DNA of 64,000 nt from Polaromonas sp. (GCA_031426635.1 JASJPN010000035.1:237-64236); one strand, 5' to 3'; counted from the stretch's first letter, positions 1 through 9,639 are shown. A program made the numbers and translations. Notes: generated by a model not told the origin, from the letters alone.

Positions 1-240
1 TGCATAATTGCTATTAGTCGGCATAGCACCTGCCTGACCAGCTACAAAATCAGTAGCGCCTAGAAGCCTGGCCACGGCCAGTGAATCGACGACAACAGCC
101 GGTGCTGCAGCAGAGGCAGCGCCAACTGGTTGGACCGTGACAAACTTCAAAGCCCAATATGCGCCGCACAGCACAGCAACCAGCCACACGGTCAGTGTAA
201 TAAGTCGTAACGGCCATGACGTTTGTGAGAGTGTCTTCAT
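1..240 (-). CDS. type II secretion protein GspC-like, 5' part (truncated by window edge)
   Basis: The reverse complement of 1-240 reads MKTLSQTSWPLRLITLTVWLVAVLCGAYWALKF...VARLLGATDF with no stop. It has one N-terminal TM helix and is divergent from gspG. The call rests on position and topology only. Confidence 0.45.
   Translation of the reverse strand, partial: MKTLSQTSWPLRLITLTVWLVAVLCGAYWALKFVTVQPVGAASAAAPAVVVDSLAVARLLGATDFVAGQAGAMPTNSNYA
17..57. repeat. AT-rich bipartite module copy (GTCGGC-N18-GCTA-N9-TAGC), inside gspC-like CDS
   Basis: GTCGGC at 17-22, an 18-nt spacer, and GCTAcaaaatcagTAGC at 41-57. Its reverse complement shares 32/42 nt with the metG copy. Confidence 0.7.
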
Positions 241-320
241 GAGGCGATTATGATTCAATCCACTTTCGAACCCTGCTTCGAAACAATATTCAAACCGATA
301 TTTCAAGAGGTCAGATCCAG

Positions 321-782
321 ATGAATCATCAAAAACTGCAACATTTACAGCTCCAGCACCGATTGGCACACAAAGTACAGCGCGGCTTTACATTGATTGA
401 GTTGATGGTCGTGCTCGTCATCATTGGCGTCTTGGCCGCTTTGATTGTGCCCAACTTGTTAGAGCGTGCCGACGACGCACGCGCCACGGCGGCCAAAACC
501 GATGTCAACAACGTCATGCAAGCCCTCAAACTCTACAAACTCGACAACCAGGCCTATCCCACAGCCGAGCAAGGGCTGCAAGCGCTGGTGACGCGCCCCA
601 GCAGCGGCCCCGCAGCGCCAAACTGGAAGACGTATTTAGAAAAATTGCCCAACGACCCGTGGGGCCAGCCCTACCAATACCTCAATCCCGGCATCAAAAG
701 CGAGATTGACGTGATGTCCTTCGGTGCCGATGGGCAAGCGGGTGGGGAAGGGAAAAATGCGGATATCGGCTCTTGGCAGTAA
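321..782 (+). CDS. gspG: T2SS major pseudopilin GspG
   Basis: Prepilin motif QRGFTLIELMVVLVIIGVLAALIVP and a conserved GspG C-terminus (DPWGQPYQY...SFGADGQ). AAGAGG lies upstream of ATG 321. An in-frame TTG at 363 would give a conventional short leader. Confidence 0.9.
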   Translation: MNHQKLQHLQLQHRLAHKVQRGFTLIELMVVLVIIGVLAALIVPNLLERADDARATAAKTDVNNVMQALKLYKLDNQAYPTAEQGLQALVTRPSSGPAAPNWKTYLEKLPNDPWGQPYQYLNPGIKSEIDVMSFGADGQAGGEGKNADIGSWQ

Positions 783-1306
783 GACTGTTAACCACAAGAC
801 AGCAATCAGGCAGTCTGCGCTTGCTACAACCACATCCACGCTCTAAAAGTGCCCGCGGCTTCACCCTCTTGGAGCTGCTGGTGGTGGTCGCCATCATCGC
901 CATTGCCAGTGCGGGGGTGGTTTTCGCCCTTCCTGATGCCTCGAATACGGCCTTGGAACGCGATGCGCAGCGCTTGGCAGCCTTGCTTGACTCGGCTCGA
1001 GCGCAGTCACGGGCCAGTGGCTTGGCGGTCTATTGGCATGCTACGCCGGAAGGTTTTAAGTTTGAGGGCTTGCCGCAAACCATCAATCAGGCCACGGGCG
1101 AGCTGCAAGAACTGTCCAAACTTTCTGGCAACTGGCTCAGCACAGGCACCAGCGCCGACCCCGACAGCCATTTAGCATTGGGACCAGAGCCCATCATCGC
1201 GCGGCAAGAGCTTGTTTTGCATAACGCTGGCCGCAGCCTGATGCTGACAACCGACGGCCTGAGGCCCTTTTCCATTGACCTGGCTGCCAAGGCGGATTCA
1301 CTTTGA
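773..1306 (+). CDS. gspH: T2SS minor pseudopilin GspH
   Basis: ARGFTLLELLVVVAIIAI prepilin N-terminus. The start is uncertain: TTG at 773 as in the ORF track, or in-frame TTG at 821. Confidence 0.8.
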   Translation: MAVRLLTTRQQSGSLRLLQPHPRSKSARGFTLLELLVVVAIIAIASAGVVFALPDASNTALERDAQRLAALLDSARAQSRASGLAVYWHATPEGFKFEGLPQTINQATGELQELSKLSGNWLSTGTSADPDSHLALGPEPIIARQELVLHNAGRSLMLTTDGLRPFSIDLAAKADSL

Positions 1307-1338
1307 AAATTCGCCTGAAAACCCGCCTGCACCGCAAC

Positions 1339-1704
1339 ATGAAACGCAACTTGGCGAGCTCAGGCTTTACGCTGATTGAGGTCTTGGTGGCGCTGGGCAT
1401 TGTGTCCATCGCACTGCTGGCCGGGATGCGCGCGACCACGTCTTTGGTCAACAACGCTCAGCGCTTATCAGACGTTCTTTCAGGACAAATGTGTGCTGAA
1501 AACGAGCTGATCAAGGTGCGCCTGGCTAAATCCATGCCCAATGTGGGCGACAGCACATTTGCCTGCGAACAAGCGGGGCGCAACTTGACTGGCCACCTGA
1601 CCGTGTCGTCAACGCCCAATCCAAGTTTTCGCCGCGTCGATGCACAGGTGATGGATGGTGAGTCCACCCTGCTCAAACTCTCCACCATCGTTGGGAGGTT
1701 TTGA
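1339..1704 (+). CDS. gspI: T2SS minor pseudopilin GspI
   Basis: SGFTLIEVLVALGIVSIALLA prepilin motif. ATG 1339 gives MKRNLASSGF. The ORF-track start at 1303 is TTG. Confidence 0.8.
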   Translation: MKRNLASSGFTLIEVLVALGIVSIALLAGMRATTSLVNNAQRLSDVLSGQMCAENELIKVRLAKSMPNVGDSTFACEQAGRNLTGHLTVSSTPNPSFRRVDAQVMDGESTLLKLSTIVGRF

Positions 1705-2429
1705 TGCTGCCTAAAATTGCCCGCAAAACAGGTCGTAAAAACCTGGGTTTCACGTTGATTGAACTGATGATCGCCGTCGCCGTCATGGCTTTGTTAGCCA
1801 TGCTGAGCTGGCGCGGCCTGGACGGCATGACGCGGGTGCAAAGCCAGACACAGGCTCAAACGGATGGCGTACTGGCTCTGCAAGCGGGCTTGGCACAATG
1901 GCAAACCGACCTGGACGCACTGACGCAGTTGCCGCAGGTCCCTGGTGTCAGTGCGCTGGACTACGATGGCCAGGTGCTGCGCTTGACGCGGCGCTACGTC
2001 GATCAGGGGATACCGGCTACCCCAAATAGCGGGAGCAGTAACAGCCACAGTGAAAGCATCCGCGTCGTCGCCTGGAGCCAGCGCGATGTGAACGGCCAAT
2101 CGCAGTGGCTGCGCTGGCAATCAGCGCCCCTGCAAACCCGCGCCGAGTTGCTGGCGGCTTGGCTGCAAGCCGCGCAGTGGGCCCAAAGCCCCAGTGACGC
2201 TGACAAAAAACGTGAAGTCGCCGTCGCCGCGATTGATAAGTGGCAAATTTATTACTACCGCAATGACGCCTGGAGCAACGCCTTGTCTAGCGCCGACGAA
2301 GCGCTAGGGTCGGCGCAAGCCGCACTGCCCGACGGCGTGCGCTTGGTACTGACTACGTCTGCCGGGCAAGCCTTAAGCGGCCAGATCACCCGCGACTGGG
2401 TGAGTCCGACCGTGGGGGGGGGGAAATGA
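1704..2429 (+). CDS. gspJ: T2SS minor pseudopilin GspJ
   Basis: LGFTLIELMIAVAVMALLA prepilin motif. ATG 1704 overlaps the gspI TGA (TGATG). The gene ends in a G10 tract. Confidence 0.8.
   Translation: MLPKIARKTGRKNLGFTLIELMIAVAVMALLAMLSWRGLDGMTRVQSQTQAQTDGVLALQAGLAQWQTDLDALTQLPQVPGVSALDYDGQVLRLTRRYVDQGIPATPNSGSSNSHSESIRVVAWSQRDVNGQSQWLRWQSAPLQTRAELLAAWLQAAQWAQSPSDADKKREVAVAAIDKWQIYYYRNDAWSNALSSADEALGSAQAALPDGVRLVLTTSAGQALSGQITRDWVSPTVGGGK
2414..2423. repeat. G10 homopolymer at the gspJ 3' end / gspK ribosome-binding region
   Basis: cgtGGGGGGGGGGaaATGa. It encodes the GGG of the gspJ C-terminus (..VGGGK*) and lies 2 nt before the gspK ATG. Confidence 0.9.
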
Positions 2430-3457
2430 ACCAGCCGCGTGTGAAGCTACAGCACATGACACGTCAACACGGCGCAGCCTTGCTCTCTGCCATGCTGACA
2501 GTAACCCTGGTGGCCACCTTTGCCGCCGCCGCTTTGTGGCAACAATATCGCAGCATCGAAGTTGAAACTGCCGAGCGGGCTCGGGTGCAAGTGGCGTGGC
2601 TGCTGGTCGGCGCACTGGACTGGTCACGGCTGATTTTGCGTATTGATGGCCGCGCCGGCGCCACCGACCACTTGGCAGAACCTTGGGCCGTGGCGCTGCA
2701 AGAGTCACGTTTGTCCACTTTTTTAGCCGCTGACAAGAACAATACCGGTGGCATGACGGCCGAAGAATCGCTAGATGCGTTTTTGTCCGGTCAAGTGCTG
2801 GATGCGCAAGCACGGCTGAATGTGTTCAACTTGATCGACAACGGCAAAGTGTCTGCGCCGGACGTGGCGGCGTTCACCAAACTATTTACTTTGCTTGATC
2901 TTCCCGTGCCAGAACTGGAAACCTTAGTGAACAACTTCAAGGCATCGGCTGACATCACCCCAAAAAACAGCGCCGCCAACGCCACAGCTAGCTTGATGCC
3001 GCAACGCGTGCGCCAATTGACCTGGTTGGGTGTGCGCCCAGGCACCTTGGCCAAACTCACGCCCTACATCACCTTGCTGCCAGAACGCACCCCCGTCAAT
3101 CTCAACACCGCTCCCGCAGAGGTCATTTACGCGAGTGTGCCCAAATTGGAACTGGCCGATGCCAAGCTGGCAGTCACAACGCGCGAGCGCACGCATTTTG
3201 CATCTCTCGCTGAAGTGGCCCTGGCCGTACCGGCCGTGACGGGGCAGTTGAATGCGGCCCAGCACAGCGTTGCGTCACGATTTTTTGAAGTCCGCGGCCG
3301 CTTGCGGCTGGAGCAAACCGTGGTCGAAGAGCAATCGTTGGTCAAACGCGATACCTCCAGCAATGTCAGAACACTCTGGCGTGAACGTGCGGTCGTCGCC
3401 TCGCCCGAACCATCCATGACCGCATCCACCGAAGCGCCAACGACATCCTTACAATGA
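2426..3457 (+). CDS. gspK: T2SS minor pseudopilin GspK
   Basis: N-terminal hydrophobic segment GAALLSAMLTVTLVATFAAAALW, a size of about 340 aa, its position after gspJ, and an ATGA overlap with gspJ. Confidence 0.75.
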   Translation: MNQPRVKLQHMTRQHGAALLSAMLTVTLVATFAAAALWQQYRSIEVETAERARVQVAWLLVGALDWSRLILRIDGRAGATDHLAEPWAVALQESRLSTFLAADKNNTGGMTAEESLDAFLSGQVLDAQARLNVFNLIDNGKVSAPDVAAFTKLFTLLDLPVPELETLVNNFKASADITPKNSAANATASLMPQRVRQLTWLGVRPGTLAKLTPYITLLPERTPVNLNTAPAEVIYASVPKLELADAKLAVTTRERTHFASLAEVALAVPAVTGQLNAAQHSVASRFFEVRGRLRLEQTVVEEQSLVKRDTSSNVRTLWRERAVVASPEPSMTASTEAPTTSLQ

Positions 3458-3461
3458 CCTT

Positions 3462-4742
3462 ATGAGCAAGTTGATCGTTTCCCTACCTTGGCGAGTGCCT
3501 AACGCTGGTCCCCCCCAGTCCTTTGCCACGCCCAGCACTTCAGGCGCCACAAGCTCGCCTGCCGCCAACTTGGAGTACAGCTACGCACTAGCCAATGATG
3601 CCAACAGCTTGATCAGCAGTGGCACCGCCCCCCTGAACCTGCTACCGCAGGCAGACAAAACCATTCTGGTAGCCCCCGCACGGGCACTATCGTGGCACCA
3701 AATCGACCTGCCCAAGGTGCCCAAAGCGCGTCTGCGCGCCGCACTGGACGGGTTGTTGGAAGAGCGCCTGCTGGACGACACCAGCGCCATGTCGTTTGCC
3801 CTCTCACCCGATGCCCCGGCTGGTCAGGCCACTACAGGCGTGTGGGTGGCGGCCTGCGATAAAACCTGGTTGACGGGGGCGATTCATTCCTTTGAGGCCG
3901 CTGGTTGCCGCGTGACGCAGGTTGTGCCCGAGTTTTGGCCAACCGAGGAACCTGTGGTGTGTGTCACTGGCACACCCGAAGATGCCTGGCTGACGCGCAC
4001 CGCACCCGATGGTGTGTTGACCATCCCCTTGCGAGACCATGAAATCAGCGGTTTAGTGGGGTCAGGTTCTGCGCTTTTGGCAGATTTCCCCACTGACGCC
4101 GCCGTTTTAGCCGAGCCAGCCGTGGCTGCTTTGGCTGAGCAGATCTTGGCACGTCAAGTGATGATCCGCCAAAGCGTGGCGGGTTTGCTGCAAAGCGGGC
4201 AGTCACTGTGGGAATTGGCTCAGTTTGAGCAGCGTTTGAGCGGTGACGGCGAAGGCATCAAACGCCTGCGCCGCGCTTGGCAAACCTTTTGGCAAACCTC
4301 GGCTTGGCGGCCCGCCCGTTGGGGACTGGTCGCCGTACTGCTGGCCAATATCGTCGGTTTGAACGCCTGGGCCTGGCAGCAGCGATCCGCCCTCACGGCC
4401 AAACGCGTCCAGTTGGGTGTCTTACTCACGCAAACCTTCCCCGGCGTCAAAGTGGTGGTCGATGCACCGCTACAAATGGCCAAGGAAATAGCGCTTTTAC
4501 GTCAAGCGACAGGCGCCCTTTCCGTTCAAAATTTTGAAGCAATTTTATCTTCATTTAGCACATCAGCCAGCGTAAATACTACACCTACAGCTATTGAATA
4601 TATAGCAAATACAATCCATTTGAAGGGCATTAAATTGACCGATGCGGAGTTAGCCGCGACCCAGGCCAAGCTCAGAACAGCGGGCTATTCACTTAAAATG
4701 GATGGCGACAGAGCCACGGTAAAAGCAGAGGTGCGCCCATGA
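3462..4742 (+). CDS. gspL: T2SS inner-membrane protein GspL
   Basis: 426 aa with a single central TM (WGLVAVLLANIVGLNAWAW). It sits between gspK and gspM and has an ATGA overlap with gspM. Confidence 0.75.
   Translation: MSKLIVSLPWRVPNAGPPQSFATPSTSGATSSPAANLEYSYALANDANSLISSGTAPLNLLPQADKTILVAPARALSWHQIDLPKVPKARLRAALDGLLEERLLDDTSAMSFALSPDAPAGQATTGVWVAACDKTWLTGAIHSFEAAGCRVTQVVPEFWPTEEPVVCVTGTPEDAWLTRTAPDGVLTIPLRDHEISGLVGSGSALLADFPTDAAVLAEPAVAALAEQILARQVMIRQSVAGLLQSGQSLWELAQFEQRLSGDGEGIKRLRRAWQTFWQTSAWRPARWGLVAVLLANIVGLNAWAWQQRSALTAKRVQLGVLLTQTFPGVKVVVDAPLQMAKEIALLRQATGALSVQNFEAILSSFSTSASVNTTPTAIEYIANTIHLKGIKLTDAELAATQAKLRTAGYSLKMDGDRATVKAEVRP
4566..4606. repeat. AT-rich bipartite module copy (GCCAGC-N18-GCTA-N9-TAGC), inside gspL
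   Basis: GCCAGC at 4566-4571, an 18-nt spacer, and GCTAttgaatataTAGC at 4590-4606. It sits in an AT-rich island at about 4520-4645. Confidence 0.7.
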
Positions 4743-5281
4743 GTTCAGCGTCGAACACCGCCCCAGCTTTGCCTGTGATGGAGACGCTTCAAGGCTATTG
4801 GCGACAAATGAAACCAGGCGAGAAGCGTTTGATACTCACAACCAGTGTGTTGCTGCTCATTGCCCTCATTTGGTTGCTAGCCCTGGCACCAGCGCTCAAA
4901 ACGCTGAGCCAGGCACCAGAGCAGCACCGCCGCCTGGATGCGCAGATTCAAGCCATGCAAAGCATGCGTACGGAGGCCAAGGCGCTGCAAAATCAGCCTA
5001 AACTGGGGCTGGAAGAAGCCCAAAAAGCCCTGCAAAGCTCGGTGACGCAGCGTTTCGGCCCTAGCCCGAATAGCGCTCAGCTCAACATCGCCGGTGAGCG
5101 CGCCACCCTGACCCTGAAAAATGCCCAACCAAAAGAATTGGCTGCGTGGTTGACGCAGGCACGCGTCAACGCCCGCGCCCTGCCCAGTGAAGTCAAACTC
5201 AGCCGAAGCGCGGGTGTCAGCACCAGCACCAACAGCCCCGGCTGGGATGGCAGCTTGGTCTTGAATTTACCCAGAAAATGA
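4739..5281 (+). CDS. gspM: T2SS protein GspM
   Basis: 180 aa with an N-terminal TM (LILTTSVLLLIALIWLLALAP). Called from position and ATGA overlaps on both sides. Confidence 0.7.
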   Translation: MSSASNTAPALPVMETLQGYWRQMKPGEKRLILTTSVLLLIALIWLLALAPALKTLSQAPEQHRRLDAQIQAMQSMRTEAKALQNQPKLGLEEAQKALQSSVTQRFGPSPNSAQLNIAGERATLTLKNAQPKELAAWLTQARVNARALPSEVKLSRSAGVSTSTNSPGWDGSLVLNLPRK

Positions 5282-6078
5282 TCAAAACTCGTCAAATGCA
5301 CCTCACACATCAAGCGCCTTGGCTTTGGGCTCTGCTGGGCTGCTTGTTGGGCTTGATCCTGGCAATTGGCCTGTTTGCGCCGGCTGCCTGGCTCAGCTAC
5401 GGTGTTGCCAGCGCCAGCAACGGTCACGTGGTGTTGAACGATGCACAGGGCAGTGTGTGGCAAGGCTCAGCGCAGCTGGTTCTCTCTGGCGGAGTGGGCA
5501 GCCGTGATGCCACGACACTGCCAGGACGCATTCATTGGCGTTTGCGTCCTGGTCTGCCTTTGAATCTGCAAGCCCGCCTGGAAGCTGATTGCTGCACAGC
5601 GCAAGCGGTCAACCTCCTGATCACACCGCACCTGAATGGCGCGACCACTGTGGTCCAGCCCAACCAATCAATTTGGCCAGCCACTTTGCTAGCGGGCCTG
5701 GGCGCACCGTTCAACACGATTGCCCTGCAAGCCACACTCAAACTGAGCACGCAGACGCTCACCATCACTTGGCGGGACCAGCAATTCAAGCTGGATGGCC
5801 TTGCCGAACTCGATGTCCTGGACGCTTCAACTCGGCTCTCTACCCTGCGCCCTGTGGGCAGCTATCGCGTCAGCTTGCAAGGCGGGCAAACGCCCACCTT
5901 GCGTTTGCAAACACTCAACGGCAGCCTGCAGTTGTCAGGCACGGGCCAGTTCACCCGCAACCGTTGGCGTTTCAACGGTGAAGCCAGCGCTACACCGAAT
6001 TCAGAGGCCGCGCTGAGTAATTTTTTAGACATCATTGGGCGCCGCGTTGGCCCCCGCTCCATCATTACCCTGGGCTAG
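5278..6078 (+). CDS. gspN: T2SS protein GspN
   Basis: 266 aa with an N-terminal TM, then ...VLNDAQGSVWQGSAQLVLSGG, typical of GspN. Position also fits. Confidence 0.65.
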   Translation: MIKTRQMHLTHQAPWLWALLGCLLGLILAIGLFAPAAWLSYGVASASNGHVVLNDAQGSVWQGSAQLVLSGGVGSRDATTLPGRIHWRLRPGLPLNLQARLEADCCTAQAVNLLITPHLNGATTVVQPNQSIWPATLLAGLGAPFNTIALQATLKLSTQTLTITWRDQQFKLDGLAELDVLDASTRLSTLRPVGSYRVSLQGGQTPTLRLQTLNGSLQLSGTGQFTRNRWRFNGEASATPNSEAALSNFLDIIGRRVGPRSIITLG

Positions 6079-6082
6079 TCAT

Positions 6083-8242
6083 ATGCATCATCTCGTTCAA
6101 ACCCCAAAAGTGCATCGAATCAAACGCCAGATTCGCCACAAACTTACTATAATTTTTATAGCTGCATCATCAGTATTTTCTTTGGCTCCAGCTAATTTAT
6201 ATGCTCAAAAACAGGGTGAACCGATCACCCTGAACTTTGTCAATGCTGAGGTTGAAGCCGTGGCCCGCACCATGGGTGTCATCACCGGGCGCAACATCGT
6301 GGTTGACCCGCGCGTCAAAGGCACGATGAATCTATCCAGCGAAAAAGCGCTGTCGCCTGCGGCTGCGTACAACCAATTTCTAGCCACCTTGCGCCTGCAA
6401 GGCGTGGTGGTGGTGGAGTCACAAGGCATTTCCAAAGTGGTGCCCGAGGCCGATGCCAAACTGCAAACTGGCGTGGTCTCCGTGGGTGTTGTTCCCTCTA
6501 GTGTTGCGAAAACGGGCGGCAACCAAATCGTGACGCAAATTTTCAATCTCAATTACGACTCGGCCGCTAACCTGTTGCCGATTTTGCGCCCGCTCATCAG
6601 CCCCAACAACACCATCAACGTCAATCCTGGCAACAACGCACTGGTGATCACCGATTACGCGGACAATTTACAACGCATCGCCCGCATCATCGCCGCCAGT
6701 GACGTACCCAGCGCCACCGATGTTGAAATTTTGCCGTTGAAAAATGCTTTGGCCAGTGATTTAGCACCTTTGGTCATGCGCCTGGTGGATTCCGGCTCAA
6801 GTTCATCTGCAGGTGTACCTACCGCAACGCCTGGTCAAACTGACACCTCGGTCAAAACCACGGTGATTGCCGAGCCGCGCAGCAACGCCTTGATTGTGCG
6901 CACCGCCAATACAGCGCGCATGTCTTTGGTGAAGTCTTTGGTAGCGAAATTAGACCAACCCAGCTCGCCAAGCGCAACGGGCAATGTGCATGTGGTGTTT
7001 TTGAAAAATGCTGACGCACTGAAATTGGCGGTCACGCTGAGGGCTTCGCTGGCGTCTGCGGCACCCAGCGGTACGGGTGCTGCCAGTGCCACCGGACCTG
7101 CGCCCGGCGCCTTGCCCGCCGCACCGCAAAGTGGTGCCGCCACAGGCGTGCAAACCTCAGCGCAGCCGTCTACGGGTGGTCAAATTCAGGCTGATCCAGC
7201 CACCAATTCACTCATCATCACCGCTGCAGAGCCGCAATACCGCCAATTACGCGCCGTGATTGACCAGCTCGACTCACGCCGTGCACAGGTGTTTGTGGAA
7301 TCCTTGATTGCGGAGATCAACTCCGACAAAGCCGCAGAATTTGGCATTCAATGGCAAAACGCGCTGGGCAACAAAACGGACACCACCAACGTGAGCAACC
7401 TGGGAACCAACTTTGGCTCGGGTGGAAAAAACCTGCTGTCACTGACCGCGCAAGGTAGCACGGGCACACTGGTGCCTGGCGCGGGCTTTAATGTGGCCCT
7501 GGGCACCATCATTGCAGGTAAGAACATCTTGGGCCTGCTCGCCAATTTTCTGCAAACTTCGGGTGAAGGCAATATCCTGTCCACACCCAACTTGCTCACC
7601 CTGGACAACGAAGAGGCCAAAATCATCATCGGCCAAAACGTCCCTTTTGTGACCGGACAGTACACCAACAGCGCGTCCAGCAGCGACAGCACCGGCATAG
7701 TCAATCCATTCCAAACCGTGGAGCGTAAAGACGTGGGTTTGACGCTCAAAGTCAAACCGCAGATCAGCGAAAATGGCACCATCAAGTTAGAGATCTATCA
7801 AGAAGTGAGCAGCGTGCAAGCCTCGTCGATCAACTCCACCACGGGCTTGATTACCAACAAGCGTTCGATTCAAACCAATGTTTTGGTCGAAGACGGCGGC
7901 ATTGTGGTGTTGGGCGGACTGCTGCAAGACGAATATTCTGGCAACCAGGAGAAGGTGCCGGTCCTGGGCGATATTCCCATATTTGGCAATCTGTTTAAAA
8001 ACGAATCTCGCAGCCGCAAAAAAACCAATCTGATGGTGTTCTTGCGCCCTGTCGTGGTGCGTGACAGCGCGGCCACAGAGAAACTCTCTCTGGACCGTTA
8101 CGACCTGATGCGTAGTGGTCAACAAGCCGCTCAACCCTCCTTGAACATGGTGCTGCCCATCAATGATTCAGCCATACTCCCCACGCAAGTGGCCCCTGCG
8201 CTGCGCCCCGTCAAACAGCTCCAGGATACGCCAGCGCAATGA
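6083..8242 (+). CDS. gspD: T2SS outer-membrane secretin GspD
   Basis: Secretin N-domains (ITLNFVNAEVEAVARTM...) and the C-terminal secretin signature (VPVLGDIPIFGNLFKNESRSRKKTNLMVFLRP). ATG 6083 lies just after the gspN stop. The ORF-track start at 6035 was trimmed. Confidence 0.92.
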   Translation: MHHLVQTPKVHRIKRQIRHKLTIIFIAASSVFSLAPANLYAQKQGEPITLNFVNAEVEAVARTMGVITGRNIVVDPRVKGTMNLSSEKALSPAAAYNQFLATLRLQGVVVVESQGISKVVPEADAKLQTGVVSVGVVPSSVAKTGGNQIVTQIFNLNYDSAANLLPILRPLISPNNTINVNPGNNALVITDYADNLQRIARIIAASDVPSATDVEILPLKNALASDLAPLVMRLVDSGSSSSAGVPTATPGQTDTSVKTTVIAEPRSNALIVRTANTARMSLVKSLVAKLDQPSSPSATGNVHVVFLKNADALKLAVTLRASLASAAPSGTGAASATGPAPGALPAAPQSGAATGVQTSAQPSTGGQIQADPATNSLIITAAEPQYRQLRAVIDQLDSRRAQVFVESLIAEINSDKAAEFGIQWQNALGNKTDTTNVSNLGTNFGSGGKNLLSLTAQGSTGTLVPGAGFNVALGTIIAGKNILGLLANFLQTSGEGNILSTPNLLTLDNEEAKIIIGQNVPFVTGQYTNSASSSDSTGIVNPFQTVERKDVGLTLKVKPQISENGTIKLEIYQEVSSVQASSINSTTGLITNKRSIQTNVLVEDGGIVVLGGLLQDEYSGNQEKVPVLGDIPIFGNLFKNESRSRKKTNLMVFLRPVVVRDSAATEKLSLDRYDLMRSGQQAAQPSLNMVLPINDSAILPTQVAPALRPVKQLQDTPAQ
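6146..6193. repeat. degenerate module copy inside the gspD signal-peptide region
   Basis: ACTAtaatttttaTAGC at 6146-6162 (one mismatch), then 18 nt, then tttGGCTCCAGCT. It matches the copy at 14305 at 20/24 positions. Confidence 0.5.
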
Positions 8243-9627
8243 GGTATCCGCTGCCCTACGCCTTTGCGCGCCAAAACCAGCTTTTGCTTGAAGACAACGG
8301 GCAAGATGTGGTGGCGCTTTTGCACAATGCCACCTCGCGTAATGCATTGACCGAGGTCCTGCGTAAATTCAAAGTAGCCAGCGTGCAAACAGTCGCGCAA
8401 GACGTGCTGATTCAGCGCATCAGCGAAGCCTATGCTCAGGGTGAATCCAACGCGGCCTCGGTGGTCAGCGAAGTGGAATCCGATGCCGACCTGAGCCGCA
8501 TGATGCAAGAGTTGCCTGCGGTGGAAGATTTGTTAGAGGCCGCCGACGACGCCCCCATCATCCGCATGCTCAATGCGCTGTTGACCCAAGCCGCGCGTGA
8601 TGGTGCCAGCGACATCCACATCGAACCCTACGAACGCCACTCCAGTGTACGTTTTCGGGTTGATGGCACCCTGCGCGAAGTGGTACAACCCAACCGCGCC
8701 CTGCATGCCGCTTTGATCTCGCGCCTGAAAATCATGGCCGAGCTTGATATTTCCGAGAAACGCTTGCCGCAGGACGGGCGTATCAGCCTGCGCATCGGCA
8801 CCCGTGCGGTAGATGTGCGCGTCAGTACCCTGCCCAGTGCCCACGGCGAGCGCGCCGTGCTGCGTTTGCTCGACAAGTCCGAGGGCAAACTCAGCCTGGA
8901 AGCCGTCGGCATGGCTGGCGACACCTTGAAGCGCTTTACGGACCTGCTGGCGCAGCCACACGGCATTATCTTGGTCACGGGTCCCACGGGTTCGGGCAAA
9001 ACCACCACACTTTACGCCGCCCTGCACCGACTTGATGCCAGCAGCCAAAACATCATGACGGTGGAAGACCCGATTGAGTACGAATTGCCTGGCGTGGGTC
9101 AAACTCAGGTCAATGCCAAAATCGATTTGACCTTCGCCAAAGCCTTGCGCGCCATCCTGCGCCAAGACCCCGATGTGATCATGATTGGCGAAATCCGCGA
9201 CTTTGAAACCGCGCAGATCGCCATCCAGGCCTCCCTGACAGGCCACTTGGTGCTGGCCACATTGCACACCAATGACTCAGCCAGCGCTGTGACCCGATTA
9301 ACTGACATGGGCATTGAGCCGTTTTTGCTGAGTTCAAGCTTGCTGGGCGTACTGGCGCAGCGTCTGGTACGCAAAATATGCACCCACTGCGCGGGCGCGG
9401 GCTGCAAACAGTGCGCCCAAACCGGCTACCAGGGCCGCACGGGTATTTATGAGCTATTGGTCACCACCGACGCCATTCGTGCGCAAATCCACAACCACAC
9501 CAGCGAAGCCGACATACGTGCGGCAGCCTTGGCCTCGGGCATGACACTGATGCGTGATGACGGCGAACGTTTGGTACAGTCAGGCGTGACCTCACGCGAA
9601 GAGCTGCTCAGAGTGACACGCGATTAA
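8239..9627 (+). CDS. gspE: T2SS ATPase GspE
   Basis: Walker A VTGPTGSGKTTTLYA, the Asp/His boxes and a tetracysteine motif (CTHCAGAGCKQC). ATGA overlap with gspD. Confidence 0.95.
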   Translation: MRYPLPYAFARQNQLLLEDNGQDVVALLHNATSRNALTEVLRKFKVASVQTVAQDVLIQRISEAYAQGESNAASVVSEVESDADLSRMMQELPAVEDLLEAADDAPIIRMLNALLTQAARDGASDIHIEPYERHSSVRFRVDGTLREVVQPNRALHAALISRLKIMAELDISEKRLPQDGRISLRIGTRAVDVRVSTLPSAHGERAVLRLLDKSEGKLSLEAVGMAGDTLKRFTDLLAQPHGIILVTGPTGSGKTTTLYAALHRLDASSQNIMTVEDPIEYELPGVGQTQVNAKIDLTFAKALRAILRQDPDVIMIGEIRDFETAQIAIQASLTGHLVLATLHTNDSASAVTRLTDMGIEPFLLSSSLLGVLAQRLVRKICTHCAGAGCKQCAQTGYQGRTGIYELLVTTDAIRAQIHNHTSEADIRAAALASGMTLMRDDGERLVQSGVTSREELLRVTRD

Positions 9628-9639
9628 CCGGTTTGCACT

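Noticed and set aside
8533-9267. 244-aa ORF on the minus strand
   Set aside because: It is antisense to gspE, which has Walker A and Asp/His boxes on the plus strand.
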